NCBI GenBank assembly: GCA_965227295.1
Contig: OZ245742.1
Coordinates: 96,001-160,000 of the forward strand
Length of the DNA stretch: 64,000 nt
Reading direction: 5' to 3'
Origin: Leptonemataceae bacterium
GTDB taxonomy: Bacteria; Spirochaetota; Leptospiria; Leptospirales; Leptonemataceae
Below, piece by piece: positions 9,543 to 19,595 of this stretch. The position numbers and the translations under genes are program-made. The notes below the pieces were generated by a model. That model was not told the DNA's origin, did no database searches, and saw nothing but the letters and a program-made list of their open reading frames with translations. The first letter of the stretch is position 1, and each line of letters starts with the position of its first letter.

Positions 9543-10972
9543 GTATCTTCCGTTGTGCTCCGGACGAACCGATCCAGCTCCGCTTTCACCACGGGCGCCA
9601 GGAAGTACATTCCCAGTATGTTCGGAACACAGATGAAGAACACCAGCGCGTCGGAGAAATCCAGGACGGCGTCGAGTTGAATGGAGCTCCCGAGAGCCAC
9701 AAACAGGCAGTAGACGATCTTAAAACATCGTTCAGACCAAACGTGCCGCCCGGTAAGATAGGTCCAGCCCTTGAGACCGTAGTAAGCCCAGGAAATCATC
9801 GTCGAGAACGCAAACAACATCGCGGCGAAAGCCAGGGGATACGGCGCCCAGGCGATGTTGCGTTCGAAGGCCCGCGAGGTCATCTCTACGCCGCCAGGAA
9901 TCGCGGTGAACGCCGGTTCGTAGTAGAGCGTCGTGACAATCACCAGGGCCGTCATTGTACAGACCACCACCGTGTCGATGAACGGCTCCAGCAAGGCCAC
10001 GATGCCCTCGCTCGCCGGAAGTTTCGTGCGTACCGCCGAGTGCGCGATCGAAGCGGAGCCGATGCCGGCCTCGTTCGAAAACACCGCGCGCTGAAAACCG
10101 ACGATCATGGCGCCGAGCATGCCGCCGGCCGCGCCCGCACTCGTAAACGCCTGCGCGAAGATCGCATGCACCGCAAAGGGCAACGCCTCGTAGTTCATGG
10201 CGACGATCACCGCCGCAAAGCCGAGATACAACACGGCCATCACCGGCATGATCTTCTCGGTGACCCGCACGATGGAACGCAGGCCGCCGACGATCACAAA
10301 ACCGACGATCAATGCGAGGATCGAGCCGAACAGCCAGCCGCGGCCCTGCCACCAAGGAGTGCCGGTGACATTTAAGAACTGCGCGTAAGCCTGGTTCGAC
10401 TGAAACATGTTGCCGATGCCCACGCAACCGATGAAGATGCCGATCGCATATAACGTGCCGGTGAACTTTCCGAGGCGCACCAGGCCGCGTTCCGCGAGAC
10501 CACGTTCGAGATAGTACATGGGTCCGCCGCTCACGGTGCCGTCCTCGTGTTCGCGCCGATACTTCACGCCGAGTGTACACTCAACGAACTTCGTGGACAT
10601 GCCCAGGAGTCCGGCGACGATCATCCAGAATGTGGCGCCGGGCCCGCCGACGGAAATCGCCACCGCCACACCGCCGATGTTGCCGATCCCCACGGTTCCG
10701 GACAGCGCCGTAGCTAAAGCCTGGAAATGCGACACCTCGCCCGGATGATCGGCGGACTTCGAGGAATCCCCGCCCACGATTCGCAACGCACGCGTGAAGT
10801 AACGTATGTTTATGAAGCGAAAGTACAGCGTAAAATAAACGCCGCCCGCCACGAGCCACACGACGACGAGCGGTATCTCCGCGCCGCCGATCGTCACGCT
10901 AAAAAACACGATCGAAGACAGCACTGCCGTGATCGGCTGCACCGCCTGGTTGATGAGCGCGTCGAGGGTCAT
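9539..10972 (-). CDS. alanine/glycine:cation symporter (AgcS family)
   Basis: FQALATALSGTVGIGNIGGVA, GGPGATFWM, GGPMYY, FSNEAGIGS, EPFIDT motifs. Confidence 0.96.
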   Translation of the reverse strand: MTLDALINQAVQPITAVLSSIVFFSVTIGGAEIPLVVVWLVAGGVYFTLYFRFINIRYFTRALRIVGGDSSKSADHPGEVSHFQALATALSGTVGIGNIGGVAVAISVGGPGATFWMIVAGLLGMSTKFVECTLGVKYRREHEDGTVSGGPMYYLERGLAERGLVRLGKFTGTLYAIGIFIGCVGIGNMFQSNQAYAQFLNVTGTPWWQGRGWLFGSILALIVGFVIVGGLRSIVRVTEKIMPVMAVLYLGFAAVIVAMNYEALPFAVHAIFAQAFTSAGAAGGMLGAMIVGFQRAVFSNEAGIGSASIAHSAVRTKLPASEGIVALLEPFIDTVVVCTMTALVIVTTLYYEPAFTAIPGGVEMTSRAFERNIAWAPYPLAFAAMLFAFSTMISWAYYGLKGWTYLTGRHVWSERCFKIVYCLFVALGSSIQLDAVLDFSDALVFFICVPNILGMYFLAPVVKAELDRFVRSTTEDT

Positions 10973-11111
10973 GCGAAAGGGAGCGGCATCGCGCTGGAGC
11001 TGTCAAATTGAAGAATCGCCAGAACCACAAACATAAAAATACTCAACTTTAATGATTGTTTATTATTAGTGTTGACCGCTCAGGCCTTTCCGCTGCTCTG
11101 GCTATTCTCCC

Positions 11112-11594
11112 ATGTTTTTCAGCAAGACCTTACTCCGCGCGCTTCCCACAGTATTCTTATGCGGCACGCTGTCCTGCGGCGGCGGGGGTGGCGGTGGCGG
11201 TGAAGCCTTCGCCCTGCTCGGCGCGGCGCTGGCCTTTGCCGGACCGGCTCCGGCCACGAACACGACAACGCCGGAAGAAAGCGAAGACGACGCGCCGATC
11301 CAGACGGTCGATTGTCCGCTGCCCTGTTCCATCACATTCAACTGGTCTTCGAACGCGGAAGCAGCGGTACATACCGGCGGCGGCGGCTATCAGGTCTGCT
11401 ACAGTACGACGGCCGGCTTTGCCCTCGCCACCGGAATCTGCACCAGCGTTCCTTACGTCTCCGGGGCGACGGCTCCCACAAACACGACCATCGAATTCAC
11501 GGCCAACGGAACGTACTATGTCCGGGTCGCGGCCTTTTCCGCCCTGAACGCGGCGGGCACGGCTTCGCCCCAGATTCAGGTCAACGTAGACTAA
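11112..11594 (+). CDS. lipoprotein with fibronectin type III-like domain
   Basis: Lipobox TLSC followed by poly-Gly; SITFNW...GYQVCY...TYYVRVAA FN3 pattern. Confidence 0.75.
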   Translation: MFFSKTLLRALPTVFLCGTLSCGGGGGGGGEAFALLGAALAFAGPAPATNTTTPEESEDDAPIQTVDCPLPCSITFNWSSNAEAAVHTGGGGYQVCYSTTAGFALATGICTSVPYVSGATAPTNTTIEFTANGTYYVRVAAFSALNAAGTASPQIQVNVD

Positions 11595-11616
11595 GCGACG
11601 GAGGCAGGTGCTTAAC

Positions 11617-13533
11617 ATGCGAAAACATATACTTTACCAGAGCACTGCGGTCGTCCTCACCGTGCTCCTCGCAACGCCGGTATTCGCGCAGCAAGGCACG
11701 CGTGTGCTGGAGCAGCGTTTCCAGAGCGGGACCACGTTGCCATTGCCGCCGGAATCACCGCGGCATGTACCGGGCGAAATCCTGGTAAAGATCAAGCCGG
11801 GTGTGTCCCGGTCCACGGGCCTCGCCCGGGTGGCCCTCATCGGCGGGACCCCGGTCCTGGAAGAACGCGGGAGTCTCCACTACGTCAAAGTGCGGCTGCC
11901 GGCGTCGCAAGACGTGCTCATGTCCGCAAGTTTTCTCGCGACCGATCCGCTCATCGAGTACGCAGAACCGAACTACATCTGGCGCGCCTCGAACACGCCG
12001 AACGATACGGACTACGCGCAGCAGTGGGCTCATAACAATACATCACAAACAATTAGCGATCCCATGGATACGAACGGCCTGGAGTCCTTCCACAACCCGC
12101 CGTCGGTCGGCGCTGCCGTAGATCTCGACTCGGAAACCGCCTGGGACCTCCAGACCGATTGCACTTCGAAGATAATCGCCGTCATCGACTCGGGCATTAA
12201 CTACAATCATGCCGACCTCGACGGAAACATGTGGAGCCCGACCGGTTCGTGCTACAATGAAAACGGTTCGGTCATCGGCGGCGGTTGCCCGAATCACGGC
12301 TGGGACTTCGCCGATGACGACAACAACCCCACGGACCCGGAAGGCCACGGCACCCACGTCGCGGGTATCATCGGAGCCGAGGGCAATAACGGCAGCGGCA
12401 TAGCCGGCATGTGCTGGAACGCGAAGCTCATGGCCGTGCGCGGTCTGGGAACCGGCGGCGGTACCACGGCGGATATCGTGGCCGCCATCGACTTCGCGCG
12501 CCACAACGAAGCGAACATCATCAACATGAGCCTGGGCGGTTCCGTCTATTCCAGCGCCATGCGCCAGGCCATCGAGCGCGCCCGGGACGCCGGCATTCTC
12601 GTCGTCGTCGCGGCGGGCAACGACGGACTCAACCTGGACCTCGGCGGCAACGAAGTCTATCCGTGCGAGTACCCGACGGAAAACATCGTCTGCGTGGCCT
12701 CATCGACGCAGGGCGAAAGTCGATCCACTTTCTCGAACTACAGCGAGCAGTCCGTGGACATCGCGGCGCCCGGACAGAACATATTAAGCACGTGGGCCGG
12801 TGCGCAGAGTACGATCCAGGACGACTTCTCCGGCTGGACGACCACGGGCTCCTGGGGCGTGGACCAGGGCTTCAGCTTTAATAACTGCGGAATCCTCACG
12901 AAGGTCCTGGCCAATCCCTCGACCATTTGCGATACGCTCTACTATTCCGCGAACGTCAGCGAGACCGCGCACCGGGCCTACACGATCAGCGGCGCAGACG
13001 TAATCGTCTTTTCGACAGTGATCGACTATTACCTCGCCCTCGGCGACACCTTCGAGATCCTCTACGACGACGATGCGGATCCGTTCAGCGGCGGCACCAC
13101 GCTCTTCTCCGAGACCGCCACCGACGGCGGCGCCTACGCGCAGTACACCTACAATCTCACGGAGTGCGCGGGAGATGCAACGTGCTCCGTGGGCACACGC
13201 CTTACCACGAATCCCGGCACCGTGGACCTGGGCGTCCTGCTCCTCGGCGAGGACTACACGTACTTCGCGAGCATCGATTACGATCAGAGCCGCTACGATG
13301 TCATCAGCGGCACTTCCATGGCGACCCCGTACGTCGCCGGCATCGCGGCGTTGATCTGGTCTTACAATCCCGGCTACAGTTACGCCGACGTCCGTGACGC
13401 GATCTACAGCGGCGGAAGCACGTCGTCCGCGTTCCCCACAAGCTACGTCACGTCCCAGGGCAAGATCGCGAATGCGCGGGGTAGTTTGATTCACCTGCAG
13501 GCGCCCACGGGCTTCTCCGCCAGCGTGGATTAG
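11617..13533 (+). CDS. S8 (subtilisin-like) serine peptidase, secreted
   Basis: Signal peptide, propeptide (PGEILVK..YAEPNY), VIDSG, HGTHVAG, AAGN, GTSMATP; inserted beta-rich domain before the catalytic Ser. Confidence 0.96.
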   Translation: MRKHILYQSTAVVLTVLLATPVFAQQGTRVLEQRFQSGTTLPLPPESPRHVPGEILVKIKPGVSRSTGLARVALIGGTPVLEERGSLHYVKVRLPASQDVLMSASFLATDPLIEYAEPNYIWRASNTPNDTDYAQQWAHNNTSQTISDPMDTNGLESFHNPPSVGAAVDLDSETAWDLQTDCTSKIIAVIDSGINYNHADLDGNMWSPTGSCYNENGSVIGGGCPNHGWDFADDDNNPTDPEGHGTHVAGIIGAEGNNGSGIAGMCWNAKLMAVRGLGTGGGTTADIVAAIDFARHNEANIINMSLGGSVYSSAMRQAIERARDAGILVVVAAGNDGLNLDLGGNEVYPCEYPTENIVCVASSTQGESRSTFSNYSEQSVDIAAPGQNILSTWAGAQSTIQDDFSGWTTTGSWGVDQGFSFNNCGILTKVLANPSTICDTLYYSANVSETAHRAYTISGADVIVFSTVIDYYLALGDTFEILYDDDADPFSGGTTLFSETATDGGAYAQYTYNLTECAGDATCSVGTRLTTNPGTVDLGVLLLGEDYTYFASIDYDQSRYDVISGTSMATPYVAGIAALIWSYNPGYSYADVRDAIYSGGSTSSAFPTSYVTSQGKIANARGSLIHLQAPTGFSASVD

Positions 13534-13732
13534 CCTGCCTGGGATTCTTCGCCGGCGGCGAGGGCTGGCATGCCAATCATCACATGTTCCCGCGCAGCGC
13601 GCGTTTCGATTTGCTGCCCGGTCAGTGGGATTGGGTCGGCGCATTGATTGACATGATGGGACGATTCGGTATTCTCAGCGAGGTTCGCCTTCCCGCGGCG
13701 GACGAGATTGCCGGCAGGCTAAGGTCAGCGCC

Positions 13733-14662
13733 ATGAATGTTAGAACGAACTCCAGCACGAACCGCCAGCCCGACTACGCCGCCTACTTCGAGCACATGCC
13801 CTTCGATCCGGAGGACCCGAACCCCTGGCACGCCTTCTTCCTCGACCGCAGCTTTCCCATCGACGAATCCGCGAAAGCCGCGGTGCTCGTATCCATGCAG
13901 TCCCGCTCGCGCCAGTACTTCTTACCGGTGGTCCGCCCGTTGGCCCGCATCGGCATCAGTCTCATTCAAATCTTCAAAATCTTCGTGCCGAAACTCTTTA
14001 CCTCGTCACGTTTCCTGCATTGGCTCATCTACGTCGGCCTCAAGGCCTTCGTGCGCCCGGACGCGAACTACGTCATCATGCGGCACTTTCACCTGGGCTC
14101 GGAGATCCTGGACTTCATTGCAACAAACGCGAAGGACGTGGACATCCCCCTGCGCCCGCTGCGCCCGCAAACCCTGGCCGACCTCAAGGACGACCTGTTC
14201 TTAAAGCACGATCTCAATCTCTTTAACTTCGTCATCCGCCTGAACGCGGACCTCCGTAAACACGACACCGAACTCCAGCCCGCCGGCCCGCTCGACTTTT
14301 CCATGATCACCGACGACGGCGACTTCGGCATCGAGGCCTTTCCGAATACCTGGCACAACTTCATCGACGTGCAGACCGCCATCGAACTCTACACGCCGCT
14401 GTACCAGCTGTTCCTCTCGGACAACGACTTCTGGCGCGCATCCAACTCACTGCAACTGGACGAAACCGTGGCCCTCTACGCGGCGCGCATGGTGCCCGGT
14501 GCCGCCCCGTACCTCGGCCTCCTGAACAACAAACACCCCATGATCCCGCTGTCCACTCTCGGGGCCGGCTTTCGCCTCATGCTGCACGGCCTGGCCACCG
14601 AAACGCTGCACGCCATTCTCGTGCGTTTGAAACAAAAACAGGCGGCGGGCATCCCGCTCTAA
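13733..14662 (+). CDS. DUF6999-like protein (uncharacterised partner of StlD/DarB-type KS)
   Basis: DP.DPNPW, SRSRQY.LP..RP, RHFHLGSEIL.FI, FLKHDLNLFNF, NSLQLDET, NNKHP pattern recalled for this family. Confidence 0.7.
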   Translation: MNVRTNSSTNRQPDYAAYFEHMPFDPEDPNPWHAFFLDRSFPIDESAKAAVLVSMQSRSRQYFLPVVRPLARIGISLIQIFKIFVPKLFTSSRFLHWLIYVGLKAFVRPDANYVIMRHFHLGSEILDFIATNAKDVDIPLRPLRPQTLADLKDDLFLKHDLNLFNFVIRLNADLRKHDTELQPAGPLDFSMITDDGDFGIEAFPNTWHNFIDVQTAIELYTPLYQLFLSDNDFWRASNSLQLDETVALYAARMVPGAAPYLGLLNNKHPMIPLSTLGAGFRLMLHGLATETLHAILVRLKQKQAAGIPL

Positions 14663-14673
14663 TCGTATCCCAC

Positions 14674-16635
14674 ATGAAGTTAGCAAAATACCGCGACCCC
14701 GCGCTGCACGGCCTGGCCGCCCTGGTGTTGATTGCAAGCCTGTTCTATCTGCCCCGCCTGCGCATCGATAGCGACGTTCTGGACTGGCTCCCGGACGATC
14801 ACGAAGCCGTGCAGGCTTACGTCGAAGACGGCGAGCGCAACGGCTTCGCCTTCGACATGGTGTTGGTGTTGCCGTTGAACGCCGGTTCTCCGCAGACCGT
14901 CGTCGACTTCACGGAGACGTATCTCACGGAACAAACGGCATACACCGACGACGTAAGCTACGTCCTTGCACCGAACGACGAACATCACGACGCCGTCTTT
15001 CGCTTCGTGATTCGCACGCCGGCCGGTCCCGACGCCCGCGAGCATGTCCAGCGCGCGCAGACGGAGGCCCTGGCCGGCCTCGACAAACTCGAGACACAGC
15101 TGGAGAAGCTCCACGGCGCGGCGCTGCGCTCTTCGCCGAAGCTCGCCGGTTCCCCCGTCACGAACCGCGCGTTGAACGAGGTCGTCCTCGTCCGCGGCGC
15201 ACCCGTCATCGGTCTCAGTTACGTGGTGCTCTTCGGCCTGCTTATTCTCTTTTTGTATGATCGACCGGCCATGCTTTTCGTAAGTTTCGCCGCGATGATA
15301 TTAGCGTCCCTCAGCACGTTCGCATTCATGGGCGCCTGGGACATCCCGCTGAACCTCATGACCGTGGCGGTCCCGTCCCTGGTGCTCATTCTCTCGATCG
15401 CCGACGTGCTGCACATCAGCCGGCATTTGCGCGCACACCCCGGCGAATTGAGCGGAGTCCTCGCGCCGTGTTTCTGGACCACCGTCACCACCGGTGCGGG
15501 CTTTGCCTCGCTCATGTTTACGCGGCTGCCGATCCTCTCCGGCTTTGCCGCGGCCTCCGCCGTGGGCATCTGCGCGGCGTTTTTCTGGAGCTTCTATCTG
15601 TTTCATGCCACACGTTCCCGGCACAACCAACCGGACAGCGCCCGCCCGGAACGTTTCGCCTTCGGAGCATATCTGCTACCGCTCCTCCCGCGCGCGCGTC
15701 CCGCCGCCGTCGCGCTGATCATACTCGCGGGTCTCGGACTCCTGCTCGTGCCGAACCTCAGGGCGGACACGAACCCCATCGACTATTTGCCCCGCGACGA
15801 TCGCACCTACCAGGATCTCACCTGGATTCACGAACATCATGCGAGCCCCTATCGCCTGGACTTTCAGTTCGAGTACGATGCAAAAAACAACGGGCGCGAG
15901 TACCGGCCGGGGTACGCGGAAGCCGTGCAGAATGTCCGCGCAACCTTAAAGAACCACCGCTACGAAGACGTGTTCTTCACACCGCTGGTCCAGGCGGAGC
16001 CGCCCGCCCTCCGGCTTTCACTGGGTGTGCCGCCGGAGACCTCCAGCCGGGAGATTCGCGAGCAAGTGCGAAAGATCACAAGCTTCGAGTACGCGGGATT
16101 TCCGCGAACGGAGGCCACGGGTTTCCTGCGCCTGTTCTCGTTGATTGTAGACAATCTTCTGCGTACCCAGGTCCGGAGCGGCCTCGCGGCCCTGGGGCTC
16201 ATCTTTCTCATATTGACGGCGCTCTTCCGGCGCCCGCGGTACGTCCTCGCCGGCATTCTATTCAACACGGCTCCCATTTCGCTAACTCTCGCTTACATGG
16301 CCTTAGCGAACATCCCTCTGGACATCTCCACGGTTTGCGTGGCCGGCATCGCCGCGGGCATCGTTGTGGATGATACGATCCATCTGCTCTGGGCCCTGCG
16401 TCGTCGGCAAAGTTCGGAACAAGGCAACGACACGCAGGAAAGTCTGAGTGTCACGCTGACGGCCGTCACCCAGACAACACTGATCGTATGCTGCGGCTTC
16501 GCGGTGCTCGCCCTGAGCGACGTGCGGACCATCCATCTCTTCGGCGGCCTGCTCGCGCTGACGGTGGGTTTTGCCTGGCTCTTCGATGTCCTGGCTATTT
16601 CGCTTTTTTTAGATCGCCCGAATTCCGAAAGTTAA
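14674..16635 (+). CDS. MMPL/RND family transporter
   Basis: Two repeats of periplasmic loop plus TM bundle; SIADVLH and GIVVDDTIH motifs. Confidence 0.9.
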   Translation: MKLAKYRDPALHGLAALVLIASLFYLPRLRIDSDVLDWLPDDHEAVQAYVEDGERNGFAFDMVLVLPLNAGSPQTVVDFTETYLTEQTAYTDDVSYVLAPNDEHHDAVFRFVIRTPAGPDAREHVQRAQTEALAGLDKLETQLEKLHGAALRSSPKLAGSPVTNRALNEVVLVRGAPVIGLSYVVLFGLLILFLYDRPAMLFVSFAAMILASLSTFAFMGAWDIPLNLMTVAVPSLVLILSIADVLHISRHLRAHPGELSGVLAPCFWTTVTTGAGFASLMFTRLPILSGFAAASAVGICAAFFWSFYLFHATRSRHNQPDSARPERFAFGAYLLPLLPRARPAAVALIILAGLGLLLVPNLRADTNPIDYLPRDDRTYQDLTWIHEHHASPYRLDFQFEYDAKNNGREYRPGYAEAVQNVRATLKNHRYEDVFFTPLVQAEPPALRLSLGVPPETSSREIREQVRKITSFEYAGFPRTEATGFLRLFSLIVDNLLRTQVRSGLAALGLIFLILTALFRRPRYVLAGILFNTAPISLTLAYMALANIPLDISTVCVAGIAAGIVVDDTIHLLWALRRRQSSEQGNDTQESLSVTLTAVTQTTLIVCCGFAVLALSDVRTIHLFGGLLALTVGFAWLFDVLAISLFLDRPNSES

Positions 16636-16679
16636 GGTTAAGTTCTTGCCGCCGCCAGGTAAGCTGATACAACGGCTGC

Positions 16680-16862
16680 ATGGGAATGACAATCGGATAC
16701 ATCGTCGCGCTGATCGCTCTGGTATGGGTAATCTACGACGTGCTCGTAAATCAGAAGCGCATGCAGGGCCTGCACAAAATCCTCTGGATTATCGCGGCCA
16801 TCCTGTTCAGCATCATCACGGCGATCGTTTACTTCCTCGTCGTGAAAAAAGGCAAGTTCTAA
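16680..16862 (+). CDS. small membrane protein with PLDc N-terminal domain
   Basis: LVWVIYDV...KILWIIAAILFSIITAIVYF pattern; 60 aa. Confidence 0.75.
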   Translation: MGMTIGYIVALIALVWVIYDVLVNQKRMQGLHKILWIIAAILFSIITAIVYFLVVKKGKF

Positions 16863-16868
16863 GCGCGC

Positions 16869-17927
16869 TCAGTCTTTCACGAAGTGCAGGGCCATCATGT
16901 CGCCCTGCGCCGTGCGCTTCACCAGCGGATCGGCGACGGCCTTGGCCGCGCGGTAGAACAGGCTCGCGTTCTTTTTGCCCGTGAGGCCGCTGCCGTAGGT
17001 CACGGAGGCCACCGTGCGAAAGCCGCAGTCCGCGGCCAGGTTCCGGATGCCGTCCAGGCTGAAGAAGAACAGGTGCTCGGGCACGTTCATGAAGCGCCAC
17101 TGCTCGCCGCGCCAGCGCGCGAGCAAACCGTAACGACACGTGGAAAGGATCAGACGGCCGCCGGGTTTCAGGAGCTCGGCGCAACGCTCGAAGACCCGGC
17201 GCGGGCTGTGCATGTGTTCGATGCTCGCCCAGAACGTCAGCAGGTCGTAACTTTCTTTCGGCAAACGTTTAGATGTCAGAAAATCGGCGATCAGAATATT
17301 CAGGCCCAGCTCGTCGATGCCGAACTTCGCCGCCGCCCGGGAGAGTTCCACGCCCTGGGAGTTCCAACCACGATCCTGTAAAAACTCCACGAAGTATCCG
17401 GCGGCGCAGCCGGCGTCCAGGGCCCGCGGCCGATAGTCGCGATGTTCGGTTTCGGCTCCGGCCTGCTCTTCGCAGTGTTGCATGAACCAGGCGTCGCTGA
17501 GGCAGCTCTCTTCGTACTCGAAGAAGCCGAGATCGTTTAAGTTCTGCTCGTAGACCCGACGAATCTGCTGCTTGAGTTCGCCGGAGAAGTAGTTGTCGTA
17601 ACCGCGGTCGGTCCGTTTTTCGAAGTACGACGCTTCATAGTACGGCGCCACGGCCGCGGCGTCCGGCTGGGGGTTGACCTGCACGAGATCGCAGTGCACG
17701 CAACGCACCACCTGAAAGCTCTCATCCCGGGAGGAATCTTTTTCGAACAGAGTCAAAAACTGACTGCTGCCGCACTGATCGCAGGGCACGTCCCGCACGC
17801 TGCCGCCGTTTTCCTCGGAAATCACCGCTGCAACGTCTGTGGCCTCTTCGCCGGCGTCGTCATTCACCACCGGCGGACGCAGCGCATCCAGATCACGTTC
17901 CATCAGTGAGCTAAATCTTCGGTTCAT
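16869..17927 (-). CDS. class I SAM-dependent methyltransferase with N-terminal Zn ribbon
   Basis: CDQC...CVHC, NPQP, ALDAGCAAGYF, IEHMHSP, LKPGG, PEHLFFFS. Confidence 0.92.
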   Translation of the reverse strand: MNRRFSSLMERDLDALRPPVVNDDAGEEATDVAAVISEENGGSVRDVPCDQCGSSQFLTLFEKDSSRDESFQVVRCVHCDLVQVNPQPDAAAVAPYYEASYFEKRTDRGYDNYFSGELKQQIRRVYEQNLNDLGFFEYEESCLSDAWFMQHCEEQAGAETEHRDYRPRALDAGCAAGYFVEFLQDRGWNSQGVELSRAAAKFGIDELGLNILIADFLTSKRLPKESYDLLTFWASIEHMHSPRRVFERCAELLKPGGRLILSTCRYGLLARWRGEQWRFMNVPEHLFFFSLDGIRNLAADCGFRTVASVTYGSGLTGKKNASLFYRAAKAVADPLVKRTAQGDMMALHFVKD

Positions 17928-18074
17928 AAATGCCTCGTTTACCCATCGGCCAAATACCGGTAACATTTAGTATTTCTGGGCCAGGCTCAGCACACGGCGT
18001 TGCGGCAGGATCCCGGCGCCGCCGTGGTACCAAAAAACGTTTTCGAAATCGGTGCACTGCGCTTTCGTGGAACC

Positions 18075-18788
18075 GTGGAGCGACGGAAGTTTTTCTCGGA
18101 CGGCCTCAAGGGCCTGGCAAAGGATTTCTACAATACTCCCATCGGCGAGTACTTCGACCGGCGGCTCCACGGTCTCGCGAACATGCTGGATCCGCGCGGT
18201 CTGGATCATGTCATGCGCGAGCACGGCCTGGGCGGCTCCGACGACGACAGCGCCGCCCCGGCTCCGGGCGCCCGGCCGGACGATCGCAATTTCGCCCGGC
18301 CCCCTGGCGCGCTTCCGGATCCGCAGGCCTTTCGGGACGCCTGCACGCGCTGCGGCGATTGCATCATCGCCTGTCCCCACGGCGCCATCTTTCGCCAGGG
18401 CCTGGAATCCGGCCCCGTCCTGGACCCGAACCTGGCCGCGTGCCGGCTCTGCCCGGATACGCCGTGCATCACGGCCTGCGGCGACGGGGCGCTTTTGCCC
18501 CTGCCCGGAAACTCCCTGCCGAAGTTCGGCCAGGCGGAGCTGATCGACGGCCGCTGTCGCAACGAAAGCGCGCAAGAAAAATCATCGCGCGGTTCAAAAA
18601 GCGGTCGAAAGATGGACCGCAAGGCATCGTATTGTCGGGAATGTCAGCGGGCCTGTCCCGTGTCCGGCGTCATCACCTACGATCGAAAAACAAAGCTGCC
18701 GCGCTTTGATCCGGATATCTGCACCGGCTGCGGACTGTGTGTGCAGGCGTGCCCGGAAGTTCCCGCGGCCATCGAGGTACGAATTTAA
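18075..18788 (+). CDS. NapG/MauM-like multi-[4Fe-4S] ferredoxin
   Basis: RPPGA, CTRCGDCIIACP, CRECQRACP, CTGCGLCVQACP. The GTG start is inferred. Confidence 0.88.
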   Translation: MERRKFFSDGLKGLAKDFYNTPIGEYFDRRLHGLANMLDPRGLDHVMREHGLGGSDDDSAAPAPGARPDDRNFARPPGALPDPQAFRDACTRCGDCIIACPHGAIFRQGLESGPVLDPNLAACRLCPDTPCITACGDGALLPLPGNSLPKFGQAELIDGRCRNESAQEKSSRGSKSGRKMDRKASYCRECQRACPVSGVITYDRKTKLPRFDPDICTGCGLCVQACPEVPAAIEVRI

Positions 18789-19594
18789 TGGCATCGAATC
18801 CCCCGCAGTCCGGGAACGCCGAAAAGCGGCCCGGCTTCTGGAGCGCCGTCAAATCGCTCTACTACTGGACGCTCTTAGTCTTTACCACGTTACTCATAGG
18901 TCTGGCCGTGCTGCCGGCAATCCTGTTTCGCATTCGCCCCGTCATGTCCCGCGTGGCCGTCGTCTGGGGCCGCACCCTCACCTGGCTCGCCGGCATCCAC
19001 ATCGACATCGAGAATGCCGAAAAGTTTCATCGCAACGGTCCGGTGGTCATCATCTCAAACCACCAGTCCATGGTGGACGTCATTGTTTTCTACAGCGGAC
19101 TGCCGGTGCCGTTCGTCTGGATGGCCAAGGCCTCCCTGTTTAAGATTCCCATCATGGGCTGGGGTATGACCGCCGCCGGTTACATTCCGGTGGAACGCGA
19201 AAACCGTCGCAAGTCCCAGGATTCGTTAATGAAGGCGGCGGACATCGTGCGCAAGTACTCGCGTTCGGTGATCGTATTTCCCGAGGGCACGCGGGGTTAT
19301 CCCGACGGCAGCATGCGCCCGTTCAAGAAGGGCGGCTTCCTTCTGGCGAAACGCGCGGGCGTGGTCATTCAACCGGTAACCATCCACGGCGCGGCCTCGG
19401 TTATGCCGCCGAAACAAACGGGCATGTTCATGCAACGCATCTACGGCGGCAACGTACACCTGGTCTTCCACGATCCTATGATGCCGGAAGAGTATCAGGA
19501 CATGTCCGTGGAAGCACTCTCGGAACACGTGCGCGCGGTGATCGAACGACCGCTGGAACGTTTGATCAAGATGGACGCCGTGTTGCGAGGCTGA
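18788..19594 (+). CDS. plsC: 1-acyl-sn-glycerol-3-phosphate acyltransferase (lysophospholipid acyltransferase family)
   Basis: SNHQSMVD (HX4D), AKASLF, FPEGTR, PFKKGGF; TAATG overlap with the upstream gene. Confidence 0.9.
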   Translation: MASNPPQSGNAEKRPGFWSAVKSLYYWTLLVFTTLLIGLAVLPAILFRIRPVMSRVAVVWGRTLTWLAGIHIDIENAEKFHRNGPVVIISNHQSMVDVIVFYSGLPVPFVWMAKASLFKIPIMGWGMTAAGYIPVERENRRKSQDSLMKAADIVRKYSRSVIVFPEGTRGYPDGSMRPFKKGGFLLAKRAGVVIQPVTIHGAASVMPPKQTGMFMQRIYGGNVHLVFHDPMMPEEYQDMSVEALSEHVRAVIERPLERLIKMDAVLRG

Positions 19595-19595
19595 T

